Shown: in pieces, positions 18,024-22,041 of the stretch
How positions within the stretch are numbered: position 1 is the first letter of the stretch
How the letters are laid out: the number at the start of each line of letters is the position of its first letter
NCBI GenBank assembly: GCA_016926735.1
Contig: JAFGOA010000113.1
Span: 1-22,041, forward strand
DNA from: Promethearchaeota archaeon
GTDB lineage: Archaea > Asgardarchaeota > Lokiarchaeia > Sigyniarchaeales > SOKP01
DNA length: 22,041 nucleotides
Reading direction: 5' to 3'
The notes under the pieces: model-generated
The model's input: the letters and a program-made list of their open reading frames with translations, nothing else
Databases searched by the model: none
Told to the model about the DNA's origin: nothing
Position numbers and translations under genes: made by a program

Positions 18024-18803
18024 GTGAAAAAAATAGCTGAAATAATAGAAATCAATAAAAAAAATATTGATAAAGTTGGTTTATTTTGTAAAAAAACAAA
18101 AAAAAACCTAATTGGTTATCAGAATAAAGTAGAGTGGATTAAAAAACGATTTAAAGAAGGATTGAAGTATAAGATTCTCTATGTTAAAGAAGGAAATAAT
18201 AAAACCTCTCGAGGGATGATAGAATACATACCCGGTGAATATAATTGGCGTGGTATTAAAGCTGATGGTTGGATGGTTATTCATTGTATTTGGGTAGTAG
18301 GTAAGGCCAAAGGTAAGGGTTTTGGGGGTAGATTATTACAAATTGCTATTAAGGATGCTAAAGAACAAGGAAAGCATGGGATAGTAGTAATGTCTGCTGA
18401 AAAAGGAGGATGGCTACCGAAAAAAAAAATTCTATTAAAAAATGACTTTGAGAAAGTGGATGAAATTGAACCTTATTACACTTTATATGCCAAATTTTTT
18501 GATAGAGACGCTCCAAAACCTAAATTTAATTCAATAAACAAAGAGAAACAAAAGAAATATAATAAAGGAGTATCTATAATATATTCTGATCAATGTCCTT
18601 ATATTACTGACCTTGTAGAAGATATTAAGCATAGTCATAATAATAGTAATTTTAATGCAATTAAAATAGATAACTATAAAGAGGCTCAAGAAAATGGTAT
18701 CTATCCATATGGAACATATTGTATAATATGTAATAATGATATTTCTCTCTATAAACACACAAGCAAAAAAGAAATACTTCAAATTTTAGATAAAGCTGAA
18801 TAA
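18024..18803 (+). CDS. GNAT family N-acetyltransferase with YoaP-like C-terminal domain
   Basis: GMIEYIPGEY, IHCIWV, acetyl-CoA motif KGKGFGGRLL, YSDQCPY. GTG start. Confidence 0.85.
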   Translation: MKKIAEIIEINKKNIDKVGLFCKKTKKNLIGYQNKVEWIKKRFKEGLKYKILYVKEGNNKTSRGMIEYIPGEYNWRGIKADGWMVIHCIWVVGKAKGKGFGGRLLQIAIKDAKEQGKHGIVVMSAEKGGWLPKKKILLKNDFEKVDEIEPYYTLYAKFFDRDAPKPKFNSINKEKQKKYNKGVSIIYSDQCPYITDLVEDIKHSHNNSNFNAIKIDNYKEAQENGIYPYGTYCIICNNDISLYKHTSKKEILQILDKAE

Positions 18804-18854
18804 GATTAAAATAAAAAAAAATTGATAATTCCAAATACTTTTTTGGATTTTCCT

Positions 18855-20258
18855 TTATTTTTTTCTTGGTTTTGTTTTTTTTTTTATCAAGGTATATAAC
18901 TCTTGAATAAATCCTTTTATATCACTTGATTTATATTTAATACCTAATTTTGTAGTTAGCAATGGAGGAATGTATTTCTCCTCAGTAAATACTGGAATGA
19001 TTTTCTTTTTCATTTTATGGGCAACCATCCATTCTGTTCGAACGGCCTCAGAATCATTTGCATTTTTTGAACAAAAAACAAGTACTACATCTGCTATAGC
19101 CAGATTATCATTCATATATACATAGATATCATCATCCATGTTTTCCTCCCAAAATAAGACCTTTTCAATATCAGGATAGGATGTGCTCAAAATATTCGCT
19201 ATTCTTTGTATTTCATATATAGTTGTGTCCGCAGTAGCATAACTAATAAAGATTGTGAGATTTTTTGAGAAATCTTCAGCTATATCTGAAATAGCACCAA
19301 ACCTTTGTAATCCTGACTTAAGATCGATACATTCACCAAGAAAGTCCCAAACTCTCACTGAGCCATTATAATCTGCCCCCAATACTAAATAAGAGGTTGG
19401 TATAAATTTTACACATTGTACATAAGATTCATGAGCAAAAGGACCATATTGTTTTCCATTGATTGTATCCCATACTATAACCGTCTTATCTCCTGAACCT
19501 GAGGCGATATATCTTCTATCATACGATATTGCTATAGAATTGACTCCTCCTTTATGACCCTCAAGAACTTTTATTAACTCACCTGATTTTAAATTCCAAA
19601 TTTTTATAGTTTTATCAAGGGAGCTAGATATAAGATATTCTCCTTTTGGACATATTTTAATAGAACTTATAGTAAATTTATGAGCTTTTATTTTATCTTT
19701 TGGTTCTATCTCACCCCAATTCCATATAAATATATTTTTACCACTACTAATTGCTAAAATCTTTCCATCTGGAGACATTGCTATTGATTTTAAACCCTGA
19801 TCCTCTTCTTTTAAACTTCTAAGGATCTTTTTTGTAGTCCATTTTGTAATTTTGGCATATTTATCCTCTGATGTACTAATAATATATTCATCATTAGGGG
19901 TGATTAATACATCAAAAATAGCACCGTCATGAAAAGTAAAATTTCTCATCAAATTTCCTGTATCTAATTTCCACAATTTAACTGTAGAATCCTCAGATCC
20001 ACTTACTATACGACTACCATCTGAGGAAAGATCTATACTTGTTATCTCATCATCATGACCATTAATATTATGATATAATTCTCCTGTTTCTAAATTCCAA
20101 ATTTTAATTGATTTATCTAAAGACCCTGAAATTACATATTTTCTGTCAGGAGTGATTGAGAATCTATATATTGCCTTATTATGAGGTCTATATTCTTTTA
20201 ATAGTCCGGTAATTGGTGTAGTTTCATCTTTTGGGATACAAAAATTGGTTTTTTCCAT
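18855..20258 (-). CDS. Seven-repeat WD40 protein with C-terminal TIR domain
   Basis: Seven (G)H...W(D/N)-type repeats, some degenerate, then from about aa 334 IFISYA...WEE...YMNDNL...VLVFCSKNANDSEAVRTEW...IIPVF. Confidence 0.9.
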   Translation of the reverse strand: MEKTNFCIPKDETTPITGLLKEYRPHNKAIYRFSITPDRKYVISGSLDKSIKIWNLETGELYHNINGHDDEITSIDLSSDGSRIVSGSEDSTVKLWKLDTGNLMRNFTFHDGAIFDVLITPNDEYIISTSEDKYAKITKWTTKKILRSLKEEDQGLKSIAMSPDGKILAISSGKNIFIWNWGEIEPKDKIKAHKFTISSIKICPKGEYLISSSLDKTIKIWNLKSGELIKVLEGHKGGVNSIAISYDRRYIASGSGDKTVIVWDTINGKQYGPFAHESYVQCVKFIPTSYLVLGADYNGSVRVWDFLGECIDLKSGLQRFGAISDIAEDFSKNLTIFISYATADTTIYEIQRIANILSTSYPDIEKVLFWEENMDDDIYVYMNDNLAIADVVLVFCSKNANDSEAVRTEWMVAHKMKKKIIPVFTEEKYIPPLLTTKLGIKYKSSDIKGFIQELYTLIKKKTKPRKK

Positions 20259-20298
20259 ATTATCACTTTAGTTTATATTTTTTTAAAGATTATTTATA

Positions 20299-21882
20299 TC
20301 AGAATTGATATTTCTTTCCTTTTTGAGGAATTATTATATTTCCGTTTAATCCTAATTGTTCAAAAGTTTTAGGATTTTCTGTATGAATTGGTATTATATT
20401 TTCAGCATTAATTTTATTCAAGGTATCAATTAAATCATCCACAGCACAATGTCCTGATGAATGAATTGTTTCCGTCTTAAGAATTCCAAAATGTTCTAAC
20501 CAAGCTGTTAATTTTTCTTCCTTAAGTTCCATCTCTTCATTAAAAGGATCTGTTGTTGAATTTATGTACATAATCGAGTCTGGTTCTAAATCTAAATCAA
20601 TAAGTTCACTTAACATAAAGAAATCTAAATAAAGTAAGTATTTTTCTGGTTCTTTTCTTACGTCTTTATAGGTTAAATAATCAATTTCATCAAAAATCTG
20701 CTTTTCATGAGTTCTATAATCTTGTGATTCAAATTTTCCCCATCCTTTTCTTCTCAAATAAACTTTAAAATTTGGATCATTGAATTCTGGAATTTCATAT
20801 GCTTTATAGAAATCATTTATTACATTTTCTTCTTTTTTATCTAAACTTACTCTATATTTATCAATAAGAAGATACATTTTGGGAGAAATTGCAAAAATAC
20901 GATTTGTTTTCTTAGCTAATCTATAATATAATAATATTCTATCAAGATTTCGCATAGGAAAATTAACTAATATAAGTCCGGGGTGCATTCTCATTAGGTC
21001 TCTAGAGCGGATTTCTACATCCTTTTCTGTTTGTTCATCTATTTTGTATAATCCATTTTCAAAATCCTTAACTGAGGGTACTCTTGTGCCTTCAGTTATT
21101 ATTGTTATTGGATTTGATTTTTTAGCGATATCGATAAAATGATCTACCCATTCTTTATGAAATCCATGTTTTCTAAAATCTCCTGTATAGATCAGACTTT
21201 GACCTTCATGTTCAATTATGTAAGAGCAAGCTCCTGGTATTGAATGATCTACAGCATATTGAGTTATATTAATTTCTCCCTTTGAAGTATTAAACGTATA
21301 AGGCTTTTCATTTTCCATAATATTTACTCTACGTTTAATTTCATTTTCATTAAAATCATTTTTTGTTGCCCTTTTAAATTCTGGTTCAGCATCCTTTTTT
21401 TGTCTTTTTTTCGGAACAACTTTAAAAGACTCATAAAAATTTAAAATTTCAGGTATTAATGGGTCTAATGATGTTTCTGATAAATATTGAATCAAATCAT
21501 ATGATATCCAATTTAGATATATTGGGGTCTCCTTTTTCAGAAATCCAGCAAATTTATAGTGATCCATATGTGCGTGTGTTAAAAAAAAAGCATCAATTAA
21601 ATTTGTTTCACTAATGTCTATTTTATATTTTGGTTGACTCAATTTTTTTTTAAATGGTTTGATTAAATCATTTCTATAAATTCGATTGATAGGGGGGATA
21701 AGATTTAGATATAAATAATCGATTATTCCATTAAATTTTCTAGGATTAAGAAATTCAGAAAAGTATTGATTACTATCATTAAATGAAAGACCAAAATCAA
21801 AAAGGAATTTTTTATCTTCCACATTGATAAAAACTTTATTTCCACCAATTTCATTAATGCCACCATAAATTTCTAATTCCAT
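20299..21882 (-). CDS. Metallo-beta-lactamase beta-CASP hydrolase, archaeal RNase J-like
   Basis: GGINEIGGN, DFG, THAHMDH, VDHS, YTGDFR, ITEGT, HSSGH, IPIHTE. Confidence 0.85.
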   Translation of the reverse strand: MELEIYGGINEIGGNKVFINVEDKKFLFDFGLSFNDSNQYFSEFLNPRKFNGIIDYLYLNLIPPINRIYRNDLIKPFKKKLSQPKYKIDISETNLIDAFFLTHAHMDHYKFAGFLKKETPIYLNWISYDLIQYLSETSLDPLIPEILNFYESFKVVPKKRQKKDAEPEFKRATKNDFNENEIKRRVNIMENEKPYTFNTSKGEINITQYAVDHSIPGACSYIIEHEGQSLIYTGDFRKHGFHKEWVDHFIDIAKKSNPITIITEGTRVPSVKDFENGLYKIDEQTEKDVEIRSRDLMRMHPGLILVNFPMRNLDRILLYYRLAKKTNRIFAISPKMYLLIDKYRVSLDKKEENVINDFYKAYEIPEFNDPNFKVYLRRKGWGKFESQDYRTHEKQIFDEIDYLTYKDVRKEPEKYLLYLDFFMLSELIDLDLEPDSIMYINSTTDPFNEEMELKEEKLTAWLEHFGILKTETIHSSGHCAVDDLIDTLNKINAENIIPIHTENPKTFEQLGLNGNIIIPQKGKKYQF

Positions 21883-22041
21883 GATAAAGAACTCCTCATT
21901 AAATGATTATTTTTAATTTTTTAATTAAATAATCCTTGATTTTTATTTTTTTTTAACAAAGCAATAATTTTTGGATTTTAAATATTTGAAAATTAATTTT
22001 TATCAGGAATATTTATAAAATTTTATAAAAAAAAAAACAAA

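Noticed and set aside
3325-18782. Short ORFs 3325..3561, 6889..7224, 9736..9960, 10785..11000, 15054..15272 and 18531..18782
   Set aside because: Each lies wholly within a well-supported gene (antisense or alternative frame) and has no motifs.
1-22041. CRISPR array, tRNA/rRNA, IS element or provirus
   Set aside because: No spaced direct repeats, GC-rich structured RNA, transposase, integrase or viral genes seen.

Overview
Very AT-rich archaeal chromosomal window, most likely from an Asgard archaeon (Lokiarchaeia-like). This is inferred from a Rab-like small GTPase, a WD40-TIR protein, archaeal-type CobT/CobY/CbiZ and GGTGA-type ribosome-binding sites. The core (3935-15769) is a divergent corrinoid (B12) uptake/salvage/remodelling locus: cobT on the minus strand, and btuF-btuC-btuD-cobD-[Cys-rich ORF]-cbiP-cbiB-cbiZ-cobS-cobY-cobC on the plus strand. 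It ends in an unannotated truncated Dph6/DUF71-like remnant. Two related 18-bp palindromes sit just downstream of TATA-like boxes in the cobT/btuF spacer and look like operators. To the left are a partial secreted repeat protein missed by the ORF track, an ArsR gene with its own palindromic site followed by a membrane-fused methyltransferase, an O-methyltransferase and the GTPase. To the right are an ArsR/GyrI-like pair, a TrmO-family gene, a Cys-rich protein, a YoaP-like GNAT, and an RNase J-like beta-CASP gene followed by a 7xWD40-TIR fusion. No rRNA, tRNA, CRISPR array or transposase was recognised. All family calls come from motif recognition by eye; no database searches were run.
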